Shown: in pieces, positions 12,001-25,165 of the stretch | Layout of the letters: every line of letters starts with the position of its first letter | Numbering within the stretch: position 1 is the stretch's first letter | Source of the DNA: Trichoplax sp. H2 | Lineage: Eukaryota | Direction: 5' to 3' | DNA length: 64,000 nucleotides | NCBI GenBank assembly: GCA_003344405.1 | Contig: NOWV01000015.1 | Coordinates: forward strand, 186,001 to 250,000 | Made by a program: the position numbers and the translations under genes | The notes under the pieces: model-generated | Told to the model about the DNA's origin: nothing | Database searches by the model: none | Seen by the model: only the letters and a program-made list of their open reading frames with translations

Positions 12001-15000
12001 GCAAGAATAAGCGATTTCAATTCCCTGGGGTAGTTAAATAATATAAACAGGTAATACACTTTGCGAGAAATTTTAGATAAAACGATAAAGTAAAGTAAGC
12101 TCTAATCTAGTATCTGTAACAACCCAATAAATCACTCTCTAAGCGTGAATTAATGTAGCACGGCTTGAAGGTTTCTTATCATAATGTTCGGTTACTTGAA
12201 AATTCTGTAAGCTTAGTCCTCTTATTATCAATAATATTGTTGCAGCTATCGCTGTGATTAAAATGTGGAATTTAAATTATTACATTTTCATCTTGATTAT
12301 AAAAAATTAATACAATTTAGAATTATCCTACATGTTTTGATACAGGGCATCTCATAATACAGTATAGATCATCTTAAATAGCTAGGCTATGAAATTATCA
12401 ATTTTAATGCTGGCAGTTAAATAATTGCTTTATTGATGATATTTTATTTATTAAACAAGGCTCTAGAGCCTATAAGCTAACACAAATTTCATCTTTTATT
12501 GGAAATAATATAAATGCTAATGAACTACCGTAGCAACCCATTTTATGGCCAAAACAGTTAGCAATATGGACAAAACAGATTGAGACTATGATGCAATTTT
12601 GACCTTTATGACTGTGATGATACTTAATCATTTAATGTACATTATTTGCATTGGTTGTCTACAGCAATATGTTTAAGTCACAATATTCAAGGCCTATAAC
12701 TAGAGCAGTGTTATCTAACAGGGTGATTCTATAAAAATTAAACCAATTACGAAGGATTGTAATTTACTTTCAGACTACGGTAATAGATTATTCGTTAAAA
12801 AACGATATTAACTATCGCTAATTTTATCATATGTATGTGAAATAATCCCGCTTGAGTGGCGTTGCATTTTTATTTATTAATTAAAGACCTTTGATAGTTT
12901 ATTTACAACAACTGATATTAATATTTGTGGACGTTACTAAAGGATTCTGGATGGTCAATGATTGAAACTAAGGGATCACTTTAGCCCCATTAAAGCGTAA
13001 GAATCATAAATTTACTTCAATCGAAAAGAGCATATGGTATCAATTTTTAATTTAATTTGCCCCACGAATGCCACCGGCTGCATCATTAAGAATACCGATT
13101 GAATTATATTATATTGCTTCGTATCTCATTCTTGATGTGATTTAATGTAATACATTATTCATGGAATTTAAGCAAGATTTGATTCTAGCAATAAAGAGAA
13201 TTAAATAGTTTAAAAGCTAGCTAAAGCTTCTTTATTCCATGGTTAATAAAACTATCCAGAAGAACGATTCCCTTGTCGGAACCCTAACCCTAAGGATTCA
13301 TTTTGCCATATCTGACTGATGATCATGACTGAATCTAAATCATTATAAGTATATTTCAAAAATTATTCAATACTAAGAATTTCATCAAGAGGCTGGGCTT
13401 AAACTATGTTGATCTAGATATTAATGGGCAGTATCGTTGTAAGGATTCATTAAATGCTTAGTAGAATATGCTAATTTAGAATGTAAACGATTTTTAATTG
13501 TATGCAGGGGATCTTATGAAAGAGGTAGACTTTAAGTTCAAGCTAAATTAGAAACGATGAGACAAACCGATATTAAGGTTTTGTTACATTTAATTTTTTT
13601 ATTTCTGCTCTGTGGCCAGACGTCTCTAAAATGGAACATAAACAATATACGCATAAATTTTATTGACACAAAATCAGCCAATTATCTACAGAGATTGCAA
13701 AAAAGATTTCGTCAATGCATTATTCTAACAATAAATATCTCATCAAATTAGTATATGAAATCTATTGACCAAAATGAATTGTCTTTTGACTAATTCAAAT
13801 AAAATTTAAATACCTTCTTGGTGAAATAAAATGACTTTTGAGAACAAATTCTTGTAATATTGTCTAAAATAATAGACTATTTGATCAATAGAATCCTGAA
13901 TATTGCATAATAAATACATGCTGATCAATTTCTAGTGGACAGCATTTATTAAATGCAGGTATCGACTCTTTGCAGATTTGCCTTGTAATAAATTGAAACT
14001 TACTTATTAAAAAAATCAGTTTGTACCAAGGCTCACCAAATCCAAATAGAATTAGAGATACAGTTTGTTAAAGTTGCTAATAAGGTAAGTAAAGTGAGGG
14101 TTAAATCTAGAATGATTAGTGATTGAAAATACTAAAATATATGATAAAATTATCGATACTTTGTATATTTGTTCATCAAATGCTTCAATTTCAAAGTGTT
14201 ATAAGAGATTCATAGCTGATCTTAAGAGTAGCTATTTTGGAGATTTTATTACGTAACTAAGAAAGTAGACAAGCAAAGTCTAGTTTTACAAGCTATCAGA
14301 TTAATTTTCGTTTACCGATTTTCAAAAAAATTTACTTTTCAGTTCGTTTTTTTTTCAATTTCTATAAAATTAATATTATTATGCGACAAGGAAGCAGGCC
14401 ATTTACTGTGCAATATTTAATGCTTCTCTTATTACAGTAGTTGATTCGATTAAATCGCAACCATCAAGCGTTATGATAAGCGAAATTAAAATAGATTTCA
14501 AATTCATCTTTTAAAGATGTTCACGATATTAAATAGGTGTAAATTGAGACTAAATGGTTTTCAAATTCGTTTATTTTACTAATATGGCTAGGAGATTAAT
14601 TTATGTGGTGATAATGACTTGAAGATTTATGGCGATGATGCATAATTACCATTAATGATTTCGTTTAATTAGTCTCCTCAACCATGTGATAAAGTAAAAT
14701 TTTATATCTTATACAGAGTAGGATTCTAATTAGTTAATAGCAAGGACCTAAATTATGGTAGCTTAAATCGCAGATGCCTATTTTACTTTTGTAAGCTCAT
14801 ATCCTAAAATATAATCGCTGCTTTACTATATAGCTATTGATCGACTTATTACAAGTTATTATGTTTTAATCACCAAGTCCATGATTTTGCATCGATCTTA
14901 ATTCTATAAAATATGTTAGCCAATACAACACCGTTAACACAGTATTCAGCTTGACATGTGATGATTTCGAGCCTAATTTTTAGAATATATGATTTATTCA

Positions 15001-18000
15001 TTAATCGTTCCGAGTTTCTTTGTTAAATTCCCTGCTCTGGCATGATTACAGTAATAAATTAAGAATAGATCGCATTTAGTCTCTTACGCAACTTTCGCAT
15101 TACCTTGATAAAATTAATTTCTAAAGATGTTTCTGAATTCGAGCAAAGTACAAAATGAGGGCAGATTAGAGTTTGGTTTCGAGGTAGATTGACAATGCAA
15201 AGATATTACTAAATGTTACTTGGATTAAAGAAAGTGAATACCACAATCGCTTACAGAATAATGTTTCTTGTCTGTCTTGATATGGTTATAGATTTATGTA
15301 GACATGATCAAAATTTATTTTGGAATTTAGGCAGAGCATAGTTTGATAATACAATAAACTGTTGTCCAGGATGCTATAATTTACTTTTTTAACTACCAAA
15401 AAGGAAATACTCCTATCGTATAAAATACGATGCGACTTAAATCAACGTATCTGAAATTAGTATAGACATAAGTAAAGTTTGATTTACATATTTGAATATG
15501 GTACTTCTGGATCGATTGATTGATGCAAATAAAACATCTAAGATATTTTAAGAACTCTACAGATACCATGAAATGGAAAGTGTGATGGAATAAATAGGGA
15601 AGAAGGAGGAAACTTTGATTAAATACAGTGATTTAAATAGATATCATATAACATTAGAAATAACATCTTTGATATGATGGTTAAGGTTTTCGATGATGAC
15701 ATTGATCATTTGCTATTTCCTAAAGTTTTCATTTACGTCGTTATAGCACTGATTAGGTTAATAGTATTGGATATTTTTGGGAGAATTAGGTTTTTGTAAC
15801 ATCTACCATAACTTTTAATTCCGGTGATTGTTTAAAAGATTTTCTCCGTGTCAGTCGTAGTTCTTCAGAGTGACCTGGTTACATCATTTTGATCGCTACG
15901 TTATCATAATCGAACACTGGCCTAAAGCTGACTTTTATGACATCTACAATTACATGATTTTGAGTTTAAATGACAAATACGGTAGGGCAAACACTATAGC
16001 AGTTGACGATTACACCTAAATAATCGAAACATAATTCGCTTTATTTTAATGAATAAAAAATTTCCTTTCTATAGAATGTTCCCGTAAGTCAAAATTATAA
16101 AATACGCACGAATACTTTCCTTCTAGTTGATTTTATCTAATGGCTGAAACAAAATCAGATTTCTTTAAACTGTCACTTTACTACAGCTAAATTAATAAAA
16201 AAAGTGATGTATAACTGGCCTTCCCTCGATCATACCGAGTACAGACATAAATTTTCTCGTTTTTTATTAGTGCAATGAGTCATGGAAAATGTTAAGATGA
16301 TAGCGTGATTCTTGAAAGACTTTAAGGTAACTGTTTAAGATGCAAATTTAAGAAAACTAATGTTACCTTAACATTGGTTCAATTTAAATTGAGTCTTTGC
16401 CTGATCAAGCAGAAAATATAATTACTCTACCGTAATTAAAGTTAGGATACTTCAAACTTGGTTTAAGGCTTAGTGTATTTAAACCTTACTTATCAATTGG
16501 ACAAAGACCAATTTTTATGTGAGTAAACTAACGCCGCTATTAGTTTTTAAGCCAAATAGTGAATAAATATTTAATTTACTTCATCCTAGACTACTGTTAT
16601 GATTCTAGCAAATAAATATAATCTTTATGGTAATAGACCATTGACGCTCTTAAAAGGTTAAATTCGCGTTAAGACAATTCAATACCGAGAACTTATTTAA
16701 AGAAAGCTAATCAAATCGAAAAAAGTAAACTCCCATTTTGATTCATACCATGCTCAAATGAGATACCTTATGTTAGGATACGTGATATTCAATTTATTAA
16801 TTTAAGCACGAAAACCCATGTTATAATCATGATCGTCACATTGACTATCATTTAAACAAGTACTTTTATATCTATAAAGGACTCGTCAATCATTTCATGA
16901 TATAAAAATATTAATTGTCGAGCATGTGAATAATCTTTTCTGACAGATCATTCTCAAAACCTTATTCTACTGCATTTAAATGGAGTATATGTGAATTACA
17001 TAGTTTACTAAACATTGTAGCATATTTCATAGAAAAAGAAGTAGCTTCACTGCTACTTGTTTACTACGTTCTTGGGTTTCCTGACTACCAGTATTTCCAG
17101 CTAATAATGCAATTATTTTAGTCTAGAACCCTAATTGTAATATATCATGGAAATTAGAAGATCGGCATAGATATATGCATATTAATTAGCTATTAACTTA
17201 AATTTATTCTGCATTTATCATTCACACCGATATATTTTTTCTACATATTTCAAAGCGAGAAATAGAAACTTCATATCGCCTCATACTTAATAAACTATCT
17301 TACGGATAGTGAACAAAAGATATGACGATTCTATCCTTTTCCTACGAGAAAAACTTTAAGTATGCTAACCTATTAATAAGAAATTGATATGAATTGAAAT
17401 TACAATCAGTCATACTTTCGTTCTTCATCCGTCTCTTAAACATCTTCAACCGAAGTAATGTATTTAGCGAGAGGCGGTCAATATTTATCGATACAATTTA
17501 CTCGGTGCTCATTATTCTCTTTATAAATGATGGATACATTACTTCAAAAATATTAATTTTTTCCTTGAGATGAATTTATTTTTAGTCCGTTAATTAGGAA
17601 TAAAACTAAATTTTGTCATTACTAACAAAAGATATTTCCAATGGTCTAATAAATACTCCATGCAAAAAGTTAGATGTAGCAAGCAATTATTGCAATTAGT
17701 ACTCTTCTGCTTAAGCAATCTATAGCTCAAAGAAGAGAAGGAAGTATAGCTATTTAAGACCATATGCTTTAAGCTAAGTTCCCATAATTTAAGAGTACTT
17801 CATTACAAATGTTGAACAAGCCTAACATAATGCAAATTGAAAATAGACCAATAGTTCGTTGTACGTCATTTATGGAACCTGAAATATTATAATAATATAC
17901 ATTAGTCATTACTTTGGGGTTGCTATTGTATTGATGCTTATAATAGGTCAGAATTTATTAGTCTCAAATTTGTTTTTTTAATTGTTAAATAGTATACAAG

Positions 18001-18330
18001 TGTTTCTATATAGACGTAGATATTTTTTAGCCTAATGGTGTAGGATATTCGTACGAGAATACAACTTGATATCTATTGCTTTATCATATACAGCAAAAGC
18101 AACGTCACAACTGATACTTTCATATTGTAATAAATGTAAGTGTTACCGAATATAAAGACTCAAATTAAGGTAAATACTTTAGATGAAAGCCAGAAGTTTA
18201 TAGTACAGAAGATTTCACTCTCATACAGTAGTACGCTCTACTATTAATTTGTAAGGTTTATTTTTCAGCTTATTTTTGATATCAATAACTGCGCTTAGGA
18301 AGAAGAACAGTACTTTTTGAAATGTTCATA

Positions 18331-19064
18331 AATTACATAACCGTTGCAATATTTCTTTATTTTTTCCTTGAAAGCGACATCCGTAAAGATTTCCCCTTCT
18401 TTGCCATTACTTAAACATCTCAATTTAAAATGAGTAACCTCGTCACGAATATGCCAAGATTACTCAACCAAACCGGTTAGTAAAATTTGAACCATTAAAA
18501 TATAGGTGGTGTTACAGTGTTAAATACTGTATTACAGTAGAAATAACTATGTTAGGATAATTCTGTTAGACTATCCTTATTTAGTTAACTTCTAATTTGG
18601 ATATACTGTATTTTAATATAGCACTGACTTTTTATGACAGTGACACTTATACACATACTGAAATTATAATAGTTATAATAGGGAATGCAAATCATCTGCT
18701 TACAGTTCGAATCATTGTGATTGTAATTTACTTATGATAGACTGTAAATTATCATGGAAATGTTCCGTGATAGGACATATCGTAATCTGACTATTCTGTA
18801 TTAGTTATTACATGTCTATGTTCGTAAATACTGTTGTCTGCATTAAGAGAGCAGTAGCTAAAATTNNNNNNNNNNNNNNNNNNNNAATTACATAACCGTT
18901 GCAATATTTCTTTATTTTTGCCTAGAAAGCAACATCCGTAAAGATTTCCCCTTCTTTGCCATTACTTAAACATCTCAATTTAAAATGAGTAACCTGGTCA
19001 CGAATATGCCAAGATTACTCAACCAAACCGGTTAGTAAAATTTGAACCATTAAAATATAGGTGG
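18331..19064. repeat. Gap-flanking allelic duplication (18331-18509 versus 18886-19064, N gap 18866-18885)
   Basis: 179-bp near-identical copies; the left continues into LTR family A after GGTGG, the right continues GGTGG-TAATTA with no element. Confidence 0.9.
18510..18865 (+). mobile_element. LTR family A, copy 2 (5-prime part, truncated by assembly gap)
   Basis: Starts TGTTACAGTG and matches copies 1 and 3 up to the N run; empty site visible at 19060-19064. Confidence 0.85.
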
Positions 19065-20444
19065 TAATTAAATATTTATATCGCAGTACATGATTACTTC
19101 TTTGCGGTGATTTTGAAGCACAATCTTAATAACGTAACGATACAGTTTGTATGCGTGATTGCTCATCCTAAAACTAAAAATACTATCCAGCATACAGTAG
19201 TAGATGACAAATTTAGTTGTTTTCAAAGTCGATCTTCAAAGCCACTACCTTTTTTTCTCCACAATTAATTAAAGCGGTTTGAAATTGAATAAACGATCAA
19301 TCACATTAGTTCACTTTTTGTAGGAATATCTTTAACATATCCATAAGTGAAACTTAATTGTATCAAGTATAAGATTGCTATAAAATCAGATATTTTAAAT
19401 TATCTTTAAGATTGATTTTATAGATCAATTTTATTCGTAACCAATTCATATTTCTAGTTTCATATATTATATTCCAAGGAATCAGTAATTAGACAATATA
19501 ACTTACAAGAATAACGGAAAATAGAAAGAAATAGCTAATGATTTGGACAGCTGCCTAAAGCATATACCTTGATAATTAATCATGATCATCATAATAAATT
19601 TTAGTTTGAATTGACTTAAGGACTGCTGATAAGTTGCTTTAATTTTACTTGTCACTTTAAAATCATTTTAGTACATCCTAGAAGTACCTATTAATTTACG
19701 GTAGTCTTTAATGTAGGGAATGAAATACTATATTTTTTGTATCTGAATTATATTAGAATCGTTTCAGAGATTCATATCAAAGCCATTCGATTACTTATAA
19801 GCGTCAAAAATGATGATCGTGTTATGAAAATATCCATACAAAAAAATTAATTTAATAGGAACAGTTTATTTCTATCATTTATGATTTCATAAACCAAGAT
19901 ATTAATTAACATAGAGAAATTATAGCACTATTGAATGCTAGTAACGATTTGAATTCTATCATGGAAATAAGATGCTATATACGCTATCTCGAGTTTTTGA
20001 AATCGAATTAAAGCAATCAATCAAATTTAATAACTTCACATTAATTTGTTATATTCATTCTATTATCGATACCGGTAGTTGCCTTATACTGTATGCAGCT
20101 TACACATACTGTGATACATACTACCCCTCAAAATTAATCTTTTAAACTTTATTATCTTATAACTTAAGTCAACTCTTAGATTTTTCATTTAATAGACTTA
20201 TTCCTCGACACCTCGTTCACTTATAGTCAAGCTAAATTTTACGTTAGGTATTCAGTATGATAAGACCTTTAGTGGATAACTATTTAAGATGTGTTTTGTT
20301 TGCTATTTACTACCGAAAATATCCGTAATAAGCTTTAAGAAAATATTAATTAAAAATAGAAGAAATGTGTATCTTAAAAAAAATTTCTTTATAACTATGC
20401 TAAAGGATGTTTTTAATCATTATCTTTAATAAAATTTATACTAG

Positions 20445-21409
20445 CTGTTATCATCTCAACGGAATACCTCATCAGTAGCCTTTTCACTATCATCACCAAT
20501 GCATCATTATTGATATTCATCTTAACTCACAGCAGATTGAGGCAATGTAAGAATGCTATCGTATGTAGTACATCGATGGCAGGCATACTGTTTGCTTTAT
20601 GCTATATATTGCCACGATTTGCTATCATGTATACTAATGGAATTCAGATATGGCCTCGAGATTACCGATGCGGCTTGCTATCAAGAATTGGACAGGCTAT
20701 CTTTTTTAGCTTAAATGTCCATTTAATGATTCGAATACTTGAGATTTATGTCCAAGTTTGCTATCCATTTAAATCAAGTCGTTTGTTAACAACTCGGAAT
20801 ATTACTGTTCTCCTATTTGTTGTATGGTCAGTCACAGCTAGTATACCGATTGGTATTCAAATCTTTGTCGAAGTTGGAGCTGCTTCAAATGTCTTTAATG
20901 CTGCTGCTTGTATTCTAGTATCATTTAAATTGTTAACCATATTTAGTATTATTCTAGCTATATTTTCCTTGATTGTGTTGATATTTTCAACGATAGCTTA
21001 CATACGCGTTTTGTACATCACCAATCATGCCGTTCAACGAATACGTCATTTAAGTCATAGTATATCTGTTGCAATCAATCGCGAGATCAAGTATGAAAAG
21101 CGAGCTAAAGGTATCCGTCAAGCGTTAATCCTATTATTGGTTTATTTATTATCGATGATACCATTCCTAGTGTTGGTAATTTACAGTCAATTTTATTACA
21201 ATTCATCAATTATTAGACCATGGCCGCCAGGATTGGTGACGGCTTTACGTCTATTTCAATACATTGCATTCTTATTTCCAGGCTTTCAACCATTTCTATT
21301 GGCATCGTTTACGGCAGATATAAGGGAAGAATTAGTTAAATATTATAATCAAAGAAGAATAACAAGATCTTCTAGATCGATTCCTTTAAGTGTAACACCA
21401 CCTGGTTGA
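20445..21409 (+). CDS. Rhodopsin-like 7TM GPCR, paralogue 2; main coding exon
   Basis: The ORF called from TTG 20510 extends in frame to the AG at 20443-20444 (xVIISTEYLISSLFTIITNASLLIF). RCG at the top of TM3, EIY...VCYP, MIPF in TM6, QPFLL in TM7. Confidence 0.88.
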
Positions 21410-23375
21410 TTCAAGAAATTTTCTTACGTATTGAATTAAGTTTGATTGAAATGAGTTCACTCGTTCCTAATTATTGTTTTATAGGATGAAATTATTAATT
21501 TCCGTTAACGTACATAAACGTTGGTTTGCAAATTAATGATATCATGTCATTTAATTTCATAACATAATCAATTAATTAAATTTATTGATTGAAACTAAGT
21601 ATTAATATATATGACTAAGATTACAAGAAATTTTAATTATTTTTTATATTGTACGGCACGATAAAAGTTGTTTCTTGTAGACCACAATTCTATTTTGACG
21701 TCAGCATAGGCCGATTAATTGACCATATAAGAATACATTGATTTTCTCTATACTTTATATATTAGAAGATCGTAAGCCACAATGTAGTTGTACTTGTACC
21801 GTATCAGCAATGGCCAAAACATGATTTGCATAAAATAATCGTAATTACTTAGATTTCAATAAGCGCTATACGAGCAGTCTAAATTCAACAAACTTCACAA
21901 AATCAGTCGCTGGCGTTATCATTATTGAATGTGTAGCTCAAATGTTCAGATACTATTAGTTGTTTCTTAGATTTGAGAATAATCTAGTCATGAGCTAGGA
22001 ATTCAAATAGACTCAGTATCAATCAACAATTTAATGATATATAATTAAAGTCACCCTAAGAAATATACAAGGAAGTAGATCATACACTATTACAATGTTC
22101 TTTATCCATAATAAATAAATTATTGCAAGTAAATTACTTAAAATAATATCCATGCAAAAAGTAGATTATGAATTGTATTACTAACTGCAATGTGCGAGTC
22201 TCTTTCTTTCATTTATTTATATTTGATGGCTTAAAAAATTATAATGATCAATCATAGGATTAGAGCAACACACAAAATTGAAATCGGATGCTGACATGTC
22301 AGACTTATCCAAATTTCATTTTAAATATAGTTCGGTTCCATAGATGCCAATATGATAATTTGATGGTACTAATTAGTTGCCGTCATTTTTCACTGTTGAA
22401 ATTGGCGTAGATTAATAAAAAAATAAATATTAAATACTCTATGCCTAAATTTATCAGTTTTGAATTTTTTCTCTAAACTGCAAATTGAAGCACAATTGAT
22501 ATAATACATTTCGCGGGTGTAATTTCCTATACAATAACTAGCTTTCAACTTTTATTTAATAGAGGCATTCCATACCATATAATTCTGGAACTTTCGTATA
22601 AAATAAACACTAATTAATTACGGTAATTATTAATAAATTCTTAAATATAGATACGTTATCAGGAAATATCATAGTTTAGCAGTTTTTAACATCAAACCAT
22701 GAAAGAAGCACTAGCCTGGTACAGATTTGTAACTGGTAAGGACTAGAGCCATCTGTTTATGTTTATTATTCGTAGGATGTTGTTTATTGGTATATTGATG
22801 ACGTCGTACCTTATTACTGTCGAAGTTTTGTTGAAAATTTATAAGCAACTCGTACTCAGCAGCTAAAATAGCTCATGTACTATCTCGATTTTTATATTTA
22901 AAGCTTGGCATTTAAAATTCGTATAGAAGTCATGTTCTGTGCTCATACTATGTAGCAATTAAATATGAATATCAGCTGTTTTGAATGATTCAATCCGCAA
23001 TCATTTCGTAAGCGTCGCATCATACGTTATAATTTTGACATCATGATAGCAAACTACTTCAAAGTGGGGGAGAATATTCTCACTTTGTGTATATTACATT
23101 GATAATTGCATGTATATTGGATTTACGAATTATCTATCAATACCTGTACGTGTGATATAAGAGTTTTTCAAGGCACAGATATCATCTTTGATACTTTATC
23201 TCGCATTTTTATACGATATAATACTAAGCCATGGTATCTTTCTGTCGATCTGTTTCTTTAAGATTATATATCCATTATTTGGCATCATATTACCAATAAT
23301 TTGATATTTATGATCATATAATGTAATCTAGTCTAGTAAATCAAAACAGTAGCAGTAAAGTACATGAGATTTTGT

Positions 23376-23710
23376 CCGGGCTGTTTTAGCTTGTTGTATC
23401 GAAGGAGATCGTACTAATGCCTAACTAATTACCACTCAATTTAAGAGTGGTGACATATTTAATAAAAAAATCTGAAAAATCAATAGAAATACAATGAAGC
23501 CACCCGATTTTTAGGGTATCGCAGAGCCCGGGCTGTTATGGTTTGTTATCTAAGGAGAGAAACAGTTATTACAGGTTGTAATTAATGCCCAACTATTTAC
23601 CCTTCAAATTACATAATTATGATCTATTTTAAGATAAAAATTTATAAAAAATACAAAAAAAACACCTAATTTTTAGGGTATCACAGAGTTTGGCTTTATG
23701 ATTGTTGTTT
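23376..23710. repeat. Diverged tandem repeat, unit about 150-165 bp, two copies plus start of a third
   Basis: CCGGGCTGTT at 23376 and 23528; TAATGCC-AACTA-TTACC and ATTTTTAGGGTATC-CAGAG each occur twice. Confidence 0.8.
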
Positions 23711-23963
23711 CGATTATCAAAATCTATAACGAGATATTAACAAGAATTTCAAGCCTTATATAACTAACATTTCCAGGGTATAGTGAAGAATGGAAAAAAT
23801 GGAAAAACTTGATTGACATGTAAAAATAGTACTTAAGAACTGCAAATAGGTAAATATAACTCAGAAAATTTTCCAGTGAAATTTATTTACTCGACTTTTA
23901 GATTATACGGCAGTTTATTGAGAGTTTGGTAAGGAATATAAATTTTAAATTCAGTTTGACAAA

Positions 23964-24420
23964 TCGCACGTGTGAATGTCTGCCACTACATTATAACAAA
24001 TTGTAGGTCATGGTGGCTAGACTATTTGATAATAACTTTAAATCCTGATAGTAAATTCTATATTCGAACTGCAGGTTGATCGGTATACTGTATAATAAAC
24101 CGAACGAATAAGGAATTACTAATGTAGTATTGTAATTCTGCTAAGCAGCACCCTAGGGGATATTGTACAATAAAATACTGAGAAAAGACCTACAAGTAGG
24201 TCTATTAATATGGATTTCAGGACTTGTATAAAAGTGAGTCTACACCGTATCGAATACGGTATTGCAATAGTTGTCGGAACGGAAATGCAGGTAATCGTTC
24301 TTAGCTATGCCTATTGGGATACGAACGATTAGGTTGATATAGTAACTGTTGAAACTGAGTAATTTTCCTGTAAAATTATAAAAGTAAATCCATAGCTAAA
24401 GAGCTTGCAATTTATGTGGA
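23964..24420 (+). ncRNA. Candidate structured RNA or palindrome island, possibly a degenerate group I intron-like element
   Basis: More than ten adjacent or nested inverted repeats in about 450 nt; several stems need G-T pairs that work only on the + strand. Identity is not established. Confidence 0.4.
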
Positions 24421-24589
24421 CTTTAACTTTAAGTAAGAGTCATTCAATAGGATGATGGGAAAATGTATAGCAAAAATTGTGAACGTACATTGTACTTCTT
24501 GCACCTGTTACAATGCTGCAATCCATTAAATGATTGTTCCATGATGATTTCTAGGACTATATGCATAACTACAGCAAACTAAGAATAAC

Positions 24590-25165
24590 AAACATAATGA
24601 TCTAGTTGCGCTCATGTTGCAACTTTTGACATAAAATGCTTGTTCGTAGTATAGGAGGATTTTGCTGTATAGATGGTGTGCTAATAGCACTAACACTTAT
24701 TAAAATAGATGAGGGCAGAATATACAGGTATGATAAAAAATTGTGAGAAAAGATTGCATTCCTTGCACATATTACAAAGTTGTAGTTCATAATCGTTTCA
24801 CGATGATTTGTACATCTTCCATAATGCATGAGTACTTTTCTAATGACATTAACCATTTTTTGCCAAAGTCTACCGGAACAAGTTTATTTAATGTAATTAA
24901 TAATTAAATGACTATCTTAAATTATTATATCGAGACGCCGATTCTTAATTAAACAAGCTCGTAAGCTAATCTTGCTGTTAACCCTGTAAATAGGGGATGG
25001 CGATGAAATTAAATGTGAATTCAATGATGATCTAAGCAATATACGTGTACTAGAAAGTAAGGGCAGCAAACATAATCCTCTAGTCACGCATTATGTTGCA
25101 AGAAATGGCATAAAATGTCTGCTAGTAGTATAGGAAGATTTTTCAATATGGATAATGTGCTAATA
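24590..25165. repeat. Diverged dispersed duplication of about 97 bp (24590-24686 and 25068-25165)
   Basis: Shared AAACATAAT..TCTAGT..ATGTTGCAA..CATAAAATG..GTAGTATAGGA-GATTTT..TGTGCTAATA. Confidence 0.7.

Noticed and set aside
6997-18865. Family A copies 1 and 2 as paired LTRs of one element
   Set aside because: Copy 1 has its own TSD, copy 2 has its own empty site, and a host GPCR lies between them.
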